DNA of 63,805 nt, the filler included, from Neoconidiobolus thromboides FSU 785 (taxonomy: Eukaryota > Fungi > Entomophthoromycota), in the NCBI GenBank assembly GCA_025603075.1. It is 7 parts of 7 records of this genome, joined end to end, with 100 filler letters (N's around TTAATTAATTAA, not from the genome) between each part and the next. Parts side by side here need not be neighbours in the genome. Positions count along the whole stretch, not along the records: positions 21,767 to 45,171 come from MU626528.1; 6 more parts are not named here. The stretch is one strand, 5' to 3'. Made by a program: the position numbers and the translations under genes. The notes under the pieces are model-generated. The model saw only the letters and a list, made by a program, of their open reading frames with translations, was not told the DNA's origin and ran no database searches. Position 1 is the stretch's first letter. Every line of letters begins with the position of its first letter. Below are positions 29,384 through 41,329 of this stretch, in pieces.

Positions 29384-32300
29384 CTAATTGGTACTAGCAT
29401 AATATAAGAACCCTTTTCTAATAGTGGCATCGACTCCAGATTGAATTTGACTATCAACTTCTGTTTTCTCAGCATCATTTACTTTACCGTAAGATGCTAA
29501 AAGGAACCCTTGTTCTTTAACGAATTGTATTAAAAGAGGCACTTTAATTAAAGGCGTAGCTTCAGCAATAATTCCTAATAAGTTATTTCGTTTAGCAAAT
29601 TGTACTGCTGATTTGATACTATTAATTTCTCTAGCATCCTCTTCATTTGAAAAACCTGCTCCTGTAGATATAAATACAGCATCTATAATTTGTTAATATT
29701 ATATATATAAATAAATAAATAGCATACAATTAGGTTGCTTCCAATTGAGAGCGTTACATATAGGTGGATAAAAAGATGAAAAGATGAAAGAGCGTTGAAT
29801 TTTAGAACTATTGGCCATTTCATAAATCTGGTCTAATACTGTGTCAGTAAAGGTATTAATATCCGGCAAATGGATATCCTTCATGAAATGTGGATATTTA
29901 ATATCTAGACATAAACCTAAATCATGGGGTAGCATGCCCATGATTTCTCTTAAAGATAAATGCTGGTCATTTATGTTTTTAATCACTGTATCTCTATCCA
30001 TTTCATTCAATTGATTTATAAACTCGTCGCTGTTACTAGTATTATTTGAGCTATTTTTAAATTGCTCAAAAGTCATTGTAAATGGCGAAATTTCTAATTG
30101 CTGAATAGAAACAGTCCAGTCAGAATAAACAATCGGCACTGAATCCTTAGTTAGTTGGACTCCTAATTGAATATATTCTTGAGCTAAAGAAGAAGCGGTA
30201 ACTAAAGAAGCTATAGAACCATTAGTACCAATAAATGTTTCTTGTACCGGGGCTTTCCAATATGTTTGGATTTTACCACCAACTTCCAAATTTACGTTAT
30301 TGTATGGTTTGACTAAATTAAACGAAAAGTTGACTTCTCCAACAACCTTAAGATGTGAATCAAACAGTGGGATGCACATGGATTTACTTTCTTTATAATT
30401 GAAATGAGAAGATAAAGCCACTCCTTTGCCTATCACCTTTGAACCAAAAGTAGGGAAAATACTAAACTCCAGGCTGAAGTTATCTAGACTATTTACCTCG
30501 AAGTTGATAGTTTCATGGTCTTCAGCTAAAGGTAAGATTACAGACTGCGATTCATTTATTATGTTATTTTCTACATGGTGTTGTTTTGGATTCATGATTA
30601 ACTTTAGAGATGTTATTTTACTGTTACCATACAAATGAACTGCGGGCCTATTGCTTCCCCAACCAAGTTTAACTTGAACTAAGTACCTTTTATCCAAGTA
30701 ATTATGACCGTAAATACGAAATGGTAACAGCGGTGGTGGTAACAAAAGAGAAGGTATTTCATCAAGGATTTCATTACCATTCGTGTGTTCTTCTATCGAG
30801 AACTCTTTTTGATTTTTTTCACCATTTATATTGGTATTAACTTGATTTGCCTGCATAGAGTTGGGACAGCCTGAGCTTAAGAGTAATTCAACGCACTCTG
30901 AATGGCCTTCATATGCAGCATAATAAACTGGGGTCAACCCACTTTCATCATAAACATCTTTGTTGCAACCAGCCTCTAGCAATATCTTTAAGCAAGATAG
31001 ATGTCCATCAGAAGCAGCATAAAATAAAGGTGTCCAACCCTTATCTGAGTCAATAGCATTCAAATCAGCTCCGTGCTCAGTTAACAGTAAACAAATCTCC
31101 TGATGGCCCTCACGACAAGCTAAATGTAGAGGGTGAAGCCCATTTTGATCGCCAATTAATAATGTTGACATATTTTTAATTTTGTTTAGTAAAAGTATTA
31201 GGATGTCTTTATGTCCATGTTGGCTGGCTAATGACAAAGCCTGATTCACGTCTTCTTTTAATTCTCCAATTTCGTTTAATAAAACTTCAACACAATCGGT
31301 AAAACCCCCAGAAACAGCATATAATAAGGCGGTAAAGCCTTCATGATCTAAAGGATGCGCATCTGCTCCAGAACTCAACAACAATTTCATAGAATTTAAA
31401 TTTCCATAAATAGAAGAATAATGTAAAGCAGATCTACCATAAATATCTACTAAGTTAAGGTCTGTTTGATGTTTAATAATTATAGGTATCAAATTTAAAT
31501 TCCCATTGATAGTAACTTCGTGTAAGCAACTTCTATAAGATATATCATCTACATAATTAAAGTTGATTAACTGTTTGTATTTTAACAAAATGGTGATTAT
31601 TTCCATTGAACTATTTTCTGAACAAGCTCTCCAAAATATACTAGACATATTAAATTCTTTATTAGTTTGTAAATGGCTTATATCATTGAGTTTTTCTTCA
31701 AGTAAACTAGGGATACCGCTTAATATTGCTTGGAATAATTCTTCTTCTAAATTATCAGTATTTTCATCATTATCTCCCTCTAATATTTCAATCTCATTTT
31801 CATCTTGTTGGTTTATGTTGTTGCTAGAGCTACCGTTCTCTATATAACTTTGGATTTCCATTAAATTAAAACTACAACTATCTGCTAAGTCGGCCATCAC
31901 TTCTTTGTTGAAACATTTTTGCACTTTTACTTGCCTTGATAAATAACTATCCTTCATTGATTGACGGTTTACTTTATCCCATTTTTTCAAAATCTTGCGG
32001 AATCCAGTACCATTGATCTCAACAAATTGCTATAGTAATCGTTTTTAATAAAAATCATTGAATTTCAGCATACAAATTACCTGCAATTTGTCTAAATCTT
32101 GTTGATACTTTATAAATGCCTCTTGTAAATTTTTCCATACACCTAATTGTTTAGAAAAATCCTTTTTGTTTGAAATCACCTTTTTTTTGTCTAATAAACT
32201 TCGCAAACGTACTTGTAGTTCATTCTCTTTTTTCAAATAAAATGAATTTACCTAAGTAAATAGATATTAATTATTACTACTTCAAAGTATCAATAGTTTA

Positions 32301-32565
32301 CTTTTTCCAATTCTCTATCCAATCTAAAAAAAAAAGTAGCTGATTGGCTGCTCTTTTCTTCATCTTCAGTAATTTCACTGTTTAAGCTAGCAATAGTTAT
32401 TACACCATGACTTATTTGATTTGGTTTTCCGATGATTTTCTTCAAACCTTTATAATTCATATAATGGTGAGACCATTCGGGAAAGGCTTGGTCTTGAATT
32501 TGCTTTCCGAACTAATAAAAATAAATAAATCAGCTTATAGGTAAAAGAAAGTGAACTACCTTCAT
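29384..32565 (-). CDS. PHO81: Pho81/NUC-2-like SPX-ankyrin-GDPD-like CDK inhibitor, 5 exons; apparent 1-nt frameshift near 32239-32243
   Basis: MKFGKQIQ...PEW..YMNYKGLKKII, ATFFFRLDRELEKV, TGFRKILKKWDK...YLSRQVKVQKCFN, ankyrin repeats, FRIYGHNYLD, QTYWK, TASSL. Confidence 0.85.
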
Positions 32566-33208
32566 TCTATCGAATATTTAGCTTTATTGAACCTTGATCC
32601 TTATTTATATTATCGAAAAAGCACTCAGGTTCAAATCTGAAAATTCAAATAATTCTAAAAGTTTCAAAATTTCACTTTATTATTATCACCTTGATATAGT
32701 ATAACAAGTACTGCGTTCCTCTCAAAAAAGTTTTTACGACTTTTTGCTAACTTTATCTTTCCCATTTTAGTATAGTAATATGATTGATCTCTATTCCTTT
32801 ACTAACGTTAAAGAACCTATCATCAAAAAATGTGGCTGTAAAGTGTAAATTTAATTGGCTAGCTTAAGTTATGATATTTTCGAAATTGTAATCACCATTG
32901 GTTAAAATTTATCAAGGTGAGATTACAAAAATAAATATAATTGGCTTTTAATTGAAAAAGCAAATAAAATCAAAGGAGCATGTGGCAATTTCTTGAGATT
33001 ATACAACTATTCTTATATGAATTTTATTTTTTTTCAAAAATGGTTACTGATTTAAAATTTTATTCATTTCTTAATAAAGGACTTTATCCTAACACTTTAA
33101 GCTTCTTGCATAGCTAAATTTCTCTCTATTTATGATTTAAATTTACGAATACATTGCTATAGTTTGATCTCAACTTTTTATTTTGTATATTTCACTTTGG
33201 TCATTATA

Positions 33209-33361
33209 GATAGGTAGATTTATGCTGAGAGGGTTATGTGATTTTAAGAGAAATAAAAATCCAGACATAACAAACAAAAAATTTACTATTAAATATTAAC
33301 TGAGTTGTTAGTTTTATTTCTTCTAAAACCACATAACCTCTCCAGCATAAATCTACTTACC
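33209..33361. mobile_element. Fold-back MITE family 3 (~153 bp)
   Basis: TATA|GATAGGTAGATTTATGCTGAGAGGGTTATGTG...CACATAACCTCTCCAGCATAAATCTACTTACC|TATA. Confidence 0.72.
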
Positions 33362-33649
33362 TATACCTAAACTTTATCCTTTCATTCATCCACTATTAGT
33401 TGAGACAAAGCGCTATCAACTTTAAAAATTTAGTAGATTTTCAAGGATTTATAAATTAATTAAATTAAAATGTTAGGGAATATCTTTTCATCTACTACCA
33501 TTACCCTTTTTCTCTACTATTTTAAGATTTAGAGATTAACTAACCCAACTATTCAAGTTTGAATATGTCCTGACAAATGATGGATTTTATAGCCAATTAT
33601 TTGTTCCATCATACTGGTTTGCGACTTATTTAATTTTTATTTTAAAATG

Positions 33650-33785
33650 AACAGCTAGCTAGTATACATCCAAGCTTGAGCAGCATACTAACTGATTGTT
33701 TTTTTTTGCTGTTTTTAATTTAAAAATCAATCAGTTGGCGAAAACATCTCCGCTATTTGAAAATGGCTAGCCAGCATTTCAATAA
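33650..33785. repeat. Degenerate inverted repeat / possible old fold-back element
   Basis: GCTAGCTAG / CTAGCCAGC and CTAACTGATTG / CAATCAGTTGG nested arms. Confidence 0.4.
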
Positions 33786-33967
33786 ATATCAACTCAATAA
33801 AAATGAGTCATCAAAGGAATTGTGGATTTCGTAAAAAATGTAGCATAAAAATATAAAGTTAATAATGCCTATTATTTATTTAAACTAAAATACATTGAAT
33901 TTACTATCCTTATTGAAATATTTAGTTATGACTCGGAAATTTTTTAATAGCTCCCAGTAAGTTATTT

Positions 33968-35380
33968 TTAGTTTACTTCATCATCAAGATTACTGTCAGT
34001 TTCTATATCTGGACTTAAAATCACCCCAGTAAACTCCTTACGCTGAATACAGGCTGGATAGTATTTCAAAGTTTTATTTTCATATTGTTTGTATCGATCC
34101 ATTAAAGTAGCATTGTTTACGACCTTTTCAACGTTTTCAACTAATGTATCTAACTTGTTATTTTCATTTTTTATAATCTCTGTTTTTATAATTTTCCAAA
34201 AACGCTCCATTGGGTTAAGAAATAAAGAGTAAGCTGGTAATTTTATATATTCAATCCCTTTTTTGTTTATGCTATCTTTGATTTCGTCTGATAAGTTATA
34301 AATTGAAGTATTCCCCATAATAAAAACCGCTTTGGAATTAGGTTCGAATATGCCTATAAGATTAGTTAAAAAATTATGAAATTTTTCACTGTTATATCCA
34401 TTTTTCCTCAATCCCACTATATTATCAAGCTCGTAGTGTATCACACCTCGTTTACTACTAATTGCTGTTACTAGAGTCAATGAAGTTAAATATTTACCAT
34501 GTGTAGTTTTATAAGCTACAGTAGTATCTTCCAAAATCCCAAATTTTCGGACTAAATCTAAATTAAAAAACAACTTGTCAACCCAAATTTTTTCAAAATC
34601 TGCGTATTTATCCATAGCATTTGCAAATTCAAAACGTTGTTCAATAATATCTTGAGTATTCCACTTCTTTGGGATTAGCTTAGTTTCTTTCCAAACTGTA
34701 TCTAAGTTTTTCAAAATGGTAGAAATAATATTTACTTTTAAGTCACCAAAATTATTATCATATAAATGCTGGTGGATTTTTTTATAACTTGAGCTACTAC
34801 TATTTTCGACAAAAATACCGGCTTCAACTACCATATCATTATTAATTATTTTGTTTACAGGAGGAGGACGTGATCCTTTAGCGATACCCTGCACATTAAG
34901 TGCCCTATTTAAAGTCGATTTGTTAAGACTATAAAGTTTACACGCTTCTATTTGAGTCATTTCACATTGAGTAACTTTTTCAACTGCTATTTTTAATGTT
35001 TCTCGATCAACTTTTTGTCTCTTAGCTGATTTACTACTTGAGCTTTTAACTAGTTTACTACTTGAGCTTTTGGCTGATTTATTACTTGGACTTTCAACTT
35101 GTTCTCCCATTTCTTCTTTACTAACAACAACATCTAGCTTATTTTGCTCCTCTTTAAGTCGACCATTTAAAAGTCTATACTCGATTTCTTCTTCAGTCGT
35201 TTTATTAAGTAAATATTCATATACGCCGTAAAGTTGGTTTGCTTTATCGAGCATTTCTTTATACTTAACGTAAAATATATCAGTTTCTTTTTTATTTTCG
35301 GCGATTTTCCTCTCATACTCTTGCATGTTAGCTTTTATTTGCTGCACTGATTCTTCCAAGATTTTACGTTCAGGAGTCAT
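33968..35380 (-). CDS. IS630/Tc1-mariner (DDE_3) transposase-derived protein with N-terminal coiled coil and HTH; second catalytic Asp replaced by Gly
   Basis: HTH MTQIEACKLYSLNKSTL; KIWVD; LTLVTAISSKRGVIHY; FIMGNTSIY (vs MDNAxxH); LPAYSLFLNPME (vs LPPYSPxLNPIE); 35-residue spacing; intact 470 aa. Confidence 0.82.
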   Translation of the reverse strand: MTPERKILEESVQQIKANMQEYERKIAENKKETDIFYVKYKEMLDKANQLYGVYEYLLNKTTEEEIEYRLLNGRLKEEQNKLDVVVSKEEMGEQVESPSNKSAKSSSSKLVKSSSSKSAKRQKVDRETLKIAVEKVTQCEMTQIEACKLYSLNKSTLNRALNVQGIAKGSRPPPVNKIINNDMVVEAGIFVENSSSSSYKKIHQHLYDNNFGDLKVNIISTILKNLDTVWKETKLIPKKWNTQDIIEQRFEFANAMDKYADFEKIWVDKLFFNLDLVRKFGILEDTTVAYKTTHGKYLTSLTLVTAISSKRGVIHYELDNIVGLRKNGYNSEKFHNFLTNLIGIFEPNSKAVFIMGNTSIYNLSDEIKDSINKKGIEYIKLPAYSLFLNPMERFWKIIKTEIIKNENNKLDTLVENVEKVVNNATLMDRYKQYENKTLKYYPACIQRKEFTGVILSPDIETDSNLDDEVN

Positions 35381-36218
35381 TGAAATTTAAAATCATAAAA
35401 ATTAAATTACCAGCTTGAATAAAAATTAACTGATAAATATTACGTAATTCTATGATGAAACTTCCAACAAGTTTACAGAATTTGTTAAACATAACTTTTT
35501 TTTCCCCAAAAAAGATCCAAGCTGCAACTTTGACTATTTAGGGCAGAAACTAATTTTTGAATTCAACAGCTGTTGACGTTAAATAGCTTATATTAAAATA
35601 TCTCAACCAATAAATTAGCTTTCAAAAATAAGGGATAATTACTAGTAACTTCAATTTTTCCCAACGTTTAATATTTTATAACATTTATATAACTATTTTT
35701 TTTACCTAAAGCTTGGTCTTTTAATTAAAATATGTAAATATACACTATAATGTTTGATGCCTTAGCCTTGTAATAGTTTTAATACATTATCTAAATCATT
35801 GAAATTTAAACTTTATTAGCATTTAATCAGTTTTCAAGGATTGATTTCATTGGCTAAACACCTTTGGTATGGCAGTAATGAAATTCAGCTAAAAAAACTA
35901 GTAACTCTACCTACCTGTGTAAGCGAATGAGTTATATGGTTAAACTAGACCAAGGTAAGCTAAATAAATGGTATAGAGTTTTATTTAAATTGAGCTATGC
36001 TATGCTTACTTTTATAAGTAATCGTCGTATTTGTTGATAAATAGCTTTCTACATTACATTACATTACACTGGATAAAAATTTCAATTTTAAACAACCTAC
36101 TATAATAAGAACATAAAAAATAAGCCAATCAAAGAACCGTTATTATGGGAGAGATTGATTACAAAGGGATAAAACTAAAGGATCAAGAAAAATGTGTCCT
36201 TTATTTTATAAACAAAAA

Positions 36219-38536
36219 ATGTCTGCATTAGGATGGGATAAAAATCAAATCTTTAGTACTTCAACTAAACAAAATGGCGATTACAGTGAGAATGACTCAG
36301 ATGCTTTAAAAATTGAACAAAAATTTTTAAATTTTATTGAAGGCTTTAGGCAAGATAATCTTTATGTTTATAGGTAATTTAATGTTTTTAATATTAACAT
36401 TTGACTTAATTTTCATATGTCTAAATAGAGACCAATTAGTAAGCAATATCAAAATGAGATATTTCGGCCTTAATGTCTACATAACTGATATTATTAGCCA
36501 CAATGATAAACTTGCACAAGAAATGCAAGATGATCCTAATGAGTATTTAAAATGTTTTGAGGCAGCAGTAACTGAAGCTGCAAAAAAATTAAAAATAAAT
36601 GAAGAGTATTCAGATGAAATTGACTTGCCTGTTAGAGTACCGCAATTTCAAGTTGTGTTAAAAAGTACTAGCACCATGCAATATATTAGAGATCTTAATG
36701 CAAACACTATTGGTAAATTAGTTAAGATAACTGGTATTGTAATTTCAGCATCATCTTTAAGCTCAAAAGCAACTAGTTTATTTATCAGATGTAAATCCTG
36801 TGGCCATAGTAAGCGCTTACCAGTTAGAGCAGGTATTTCCGGCGTTCAGATACCACGTAAGTGCGACAATGAAGCCAAAGAAGCTAATCAAGAAGCATGT
36901 CCTTTAGATCCTTTTACAATTGACCATGACAGATCTTTATTTGTGGACCAGCAAACCTTAAAATTACAAGAAGCTCCTGACATGGTCCCAGTTGGTGAAC
37001 TTCCAAAATATTTATTATTATCAGCTGACAGATGTTTAGTAAATCAAGTTGTTCCTGGTACAAGAGCCACAGTTATCGGTATTCATTCCGCATTTGATTC
37101 TTTTTCAAAAAACAATAACGGCAAGCAGTCGGCCACCCGTACCCCTTACTTGCGTTTAGTTGGTTTGAGTACCGATATAAAAGGATTAAATCGCGGTGTA
37201 ATTAGCTTTACTGATGAAGAAATCAGCAGTATGGAAGAAATATCACGCGAGCGCAATCTTTATGAAAAGCTTGCTAAATCTATCGCTCCTTCTATTTATG
37301 GGTCAGAAGACATTAAGAAAGCAATTGCATGTTTGTTATTTGGAGGCTCTTTAAAAAGGTTGCCCGATGGCATGCGTTTACGTGGTGATATTAATGTACT
37401 CATGTTAGGTGATCCATCGACTGCCAAATCTCAGTTATTGAAATTTACAGAAAGGGTAGCACCCATTTCAGTTTATACTTCTGGTAAAGGTTCTTCTGCT
37501 GCAGGTTTAACAGCTTCTGTAGTAAGGGACCCTAGTACAAGAGAATTTTATTTGGAAGGTGGAGCTATGGTCTTAGCTGATGGCGGTGTAGTATGTATTG
37601 ATGAGTTCGATAAAATGAGAGATGAAGATAGAGTTGCTATTCATGAGGCTATGGAACAACAAACCATTTCCATAGCTAAGGCAGGTATTACTACTATGCT
37701 TAATTCGCGTACCTCAGTATTAGCAGCGGCAAACCCAATTTATGGCAGATACGATGATTTAAGGACACCAGGAGAAAATATTGACTTCCAAACAACCATT
37801 TTATCAAGATTTGATATGATTTTTATCGTTAGAGACCTTTTAGATAGGGAAAGGGATATTACCATCGCTAAGCATGTGATGAACATTCATCTTAACAAAA
37901 GTATTAAAGAAAATAACCAAGATGGCGATGTTTTTGATATCAATAAGATGAAGAGATATATCGCTTTTGCTAAAACCAGATGCTCTCCAAGGCTTTCTCC
38001 AGAAGCAGCAGATGCATTGGCTACAAATTTTGTAGAGCTTAGAAGCACAGTATCAAAGCATGAAGCTGAATTAGAGCAGCGTTCACCTATTCCAATAACT
38101 ATACGGTAATATATTTATTCAATTAAAGTGATTAATTAATTTATTTATTTTTAGTCAATTGGAAGCTATTGTAAGAATTTCTGAATCATTAGCTAAAATG
38201 ACTTTATCACCATTAGCAACAGTAGATCACGTCAAAGAAGCAGTAAGATTATTCCAAGCATCCACAATGCAAGCAATTGGAGGGGATGTAGAGGCTAATA
38301 GTTACCAAGGTCTTGGTAGAAAGGACGTATTGGAACAAATGCAGAAAATTGATAGAGAAATTCGAATGATAGTACCATTAGGAAACACCACTTCGGTCCA
38401 AAAACTTAAGAATGAAATTGGTTCTATAGGCGAATATAGTGATATTGTAATTGATAGAACCATAAACAACCTTGTAAGACAAGAGGTTTTGCAATTCCGT
38501 AACTTTAGAAAAACCGTTTTCCGTGCAAAGCCTTAA
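36219..38536 (+). CDS. MCM5: DNA replication licensing factor MCM5; exons 36219-36373, 36429-38105, 38155-38536
   Basis: LPDGMRLRGDINVLMLGDPSTAKSQLLKF, STREFYLEGGAMVLADGGV, PIPITIRQLEAIVRISE. Confidence 0.95.
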
Positions 38537-38670
38537 ATGACATATTTTATTGAACACAACTATATTAGTTAACTATTAGCCATCCTATTTAAAATTCAAT
38601 TTAACCAATAAAATGTGGCTTCACCAAATTTAAATAATTTATTTTTTAAATTTTTAATTCTCTTTTTAAA

Positions 38671-39278
38671 ATGAGTGAAAATACTAATAAAGACCAAAAA
38701 GATAACAATAATGATAATAATAAGAGTGAAGTAAATGTATTCGACCAGTTAAAGGTAAGCTAAGCTATTGTTAAATATAACAATATATCATTTTGACATT
38801 AAGTCTTTAAATTTATTTATTAAGACATATTAAAGCCTTATTAGTTTATTTTTTAATAATATAGGAAATTAAACTTTCAGACTTTAAAAATATATTTCAA
38901 ATACCATGTACAAGGACAGGTCTATTATATGGAGTAGGAGGTGGTATGAGTTTAGGTTTATTACATTTTATGATTAGTTGGAAACGTAAAGGAGCAATAT
39001 TAAAGGAGTTTATAAATTCTAAAACAGTAATGGCATCATGTCATAGAGCGGTTGGTGGCTTTGCGTTTGTATCAATCCTTTCATGGTATTTATGATATAA
39101 GTTTATATAGATAAAGTATTAAGTTTATAGGGAAAAATGTAAGTATGATAGGAAAGTTGCAGCTCAAAAAGTTCAATTGGTTGCTGAACAATTCAAAAGA
39201 ATGGAAAAGAAAAGAGCAGAAAAAGAAAACGAAAATGAAGAGAAAAACGTCGACTCTACGAAAAATACCAATACATAA
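38671..39278 (+). CDS. COX20: Cytochrome c oxidase assembly protein COX20, 3 exons (absent from ORF track)
   Basis: IPCTRTGLLYGVGGG...RAVGGFAFVSILSWEKC; two GT-AG introns. Confidence 0.85.
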
Positions 39279-39713
39279 TATATATGTATATTGTTAACAT
39301 TAATAATAAAAAATATAAACTAGAACAAAGTTTTTGAGATGAATTTTATTTAGAGTTTGAAATTAACCAAACATAGATAAATATTGAATAACTTTATAAT
39401 ATACTTTATTAAATAATGTTTTAATATAATTTCTCATTGGTATCTATATTAATATACATCAAGATATATTTTATTTTTATATACCTAATATTTACTAGAA
39501 TGCTTTAGGACATTAAATTTATTTGCTAGACAAAAAGCTAACTAATGAAATTTATTAATTGTAGAGTCTTAAGCCATTTGATTTGCAGAAAAATTAAATT
39601 AGGTAAAATCTTAAGATTTAATTATGTTCAAGTAAAACTAAAGAATTGTCGGGACACGAAATATCTCCCTCTTTGAAGAAACTGTTAAACTAGCAGCTAA
39701 AGGATTAATAAAA

Positions 39714-40536
39714 ATGAAGTTTCTTAAACCAGGAAAGGTATGGAGGAAAAACAAAAGACAATCAATATAAAATAACAACATATAAAACTGAAGAAATAAA
39801 GTCGAAACTTATTAAAAAAAATAATCAAAAAGGAAATTGGAACTAAAATTAATCAACTAGGTCGCCATTGTTCTCAAAGGACGTTATGCCGGTAAGAAAG
39901 TTGTTATTGTAAAAAATACCATATGAACTATTCACAAAAGCTAAAAGCTGAATTTGAAACTCAAAATTTAATGCATCCAACTTATAATTCCGGGTAATTA
40001 TTTGATGGATGCATTTCATTTATTTTTTTATTATATTATTATTATTTATTTATTTGGAATTGCGAGTTCCATATGACTACGATTTTTTTATTTTTTTTAT
40101 ATAAACACATAACGACGATGGAACTAAAGAACATCCTTACGGTCACGCCGTTGTTGCTGGAGTTGAAAGAACCCCACTCACCGTTACCAAATATATGAGC
40201 GAAAAGAAGATCGCCAGACGTACCCGTGTCAAAGCTTTTGTTAAAGTTGTTAACTACAACCACATTATGCCAACTCGGTAAAAAAAAAAAGAGTATAATT
40301 TTAACTTTCACTAATACCTTATAGTTATGGACTTGAATTTGATAACCTTAAGAAGCTTGTTAACGCTGATGCTATTGCTGAACCAACCAAGCGTAAGGAA
40401 TCTAAGAAAGCCGTTCAAAAAGCTTTCCAAGAACGGTAAGTCGTTTGCTAAGCTATTATAATTATACATGTTTAAATCTTTATATAGTTTCAAGAGTGGT
40501 AAAAACAAGTGGTTCTTCACCAAGCTTCGTTTCTAA
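39714..40536 (+). CDS. RPL27: 60S ribosomal protein eL27; exons 39714-39737, 39861-39920, 40114-40277, 40325-40435, 40488-40536 (absent from ORF track)
   Basis: [28 protein letters not shown]|[16 protein letters not shown]...[11 protein letters not shown]...[12 protein letters not shown]. Confidence 0.96.
39921..40113 (+). other. AT-AC intron (RPL27 intron 2, 193 nt, phase 0)
   Basis: acc|ATATGAAC...CACATAAC|gac joins KNT to DDG; no AG is available at this position. Confidence 0.85.
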
Positions 40537-41211
40537 ACTATTAATAACTTATTAAAAGAAGCTAATTAAAATTAAAATGTTATTTATAGACATTATATTG
40601 GAATTTGAAGTTTAATTAGATGTCATAAATGAGATACAAAATTTTGCAAAATTTATACTAATGTGTTAATCAATTCAAGAAAACAAACGAAAAGAAAATG
40701 AACACGGAATTAATGCAGATTTTTAATATTTGAAAAAGTGTATAATAATAGTTGTGAGCAATATTTCAATAGAATTTCACCAAAGTTAATATAGTAATTC
40801 TTTACTACGATGTTTTCTAAAATAATGATTTACTATATACGACTTACATAATAGGTAGGTAGTTAAAATGGTAACTATTACTATTTTATATTCAAAGAGA
40901 GATATAAGAATTACCCGATTACTCTAATCTATATTTCCCAAGCCTTATCTGTAGATGTAAATATCAATAAATATTTTCAAATTATTTTGTAAGTTTTAAT
41001 TTGCTTTTGTTATAATTAATAAAAATAACCATATAAGCTATATATTTAATAGTTTGTTGGTGAGTCATTAAACTTTTAAGATAGTTTAAGACCCCAAGCA
41101 TTTTATTTTGAGAGATTAAAAAAATTATTAAATTCCTATACTTTTTTATTGATTTACTAATAAGTTAAGTTATAGCTTATATATATTATGAAATATTATT
41201 CTATTAAACAT

Positions 41212-41319
41212 TATGAGGGAGTATTTTTTTTGACTTCATTATTTTTTCCATTTTTTAAGCGCTATTTGAGCAGAAAATTTGTTAGTAAAATTCTTAAACA
41301 CAAAAAGACGTCCCTATAT
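41212..41319 (-). mobile_element. MITE family 1 copy
   Basis: Near-consensus; TATGAGGGAGT...ACGTCCCTATAT. Confidence 0.85.
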
Positions 41320-41329
41320 TTTCAAGTTT

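Noticed and set aside
29384-32565. GDE1 glycerophosphodiesterase instead of Pho81
   Set aside because: No HRG catalytic motif; the KKWDK...YLSR.V.VQ.CFN and TASSL segments fit Pho81/NUC-2.
39960-40113. H/ACA snoRNA inside the RPL27 intron
   Set aside because: ATATGA fits ANANNA and an ACA lies near the end, but only a U tract with no hairpin lies between them.
39892-40130. A GT-AG solution for RPL27 intron 2
   Set aside because: The only in-frame option (GCCG|GTAAG to AAAG|AACAT) deletes the 15 conserved residues [15 protein letters not shown]; the others frameshift.
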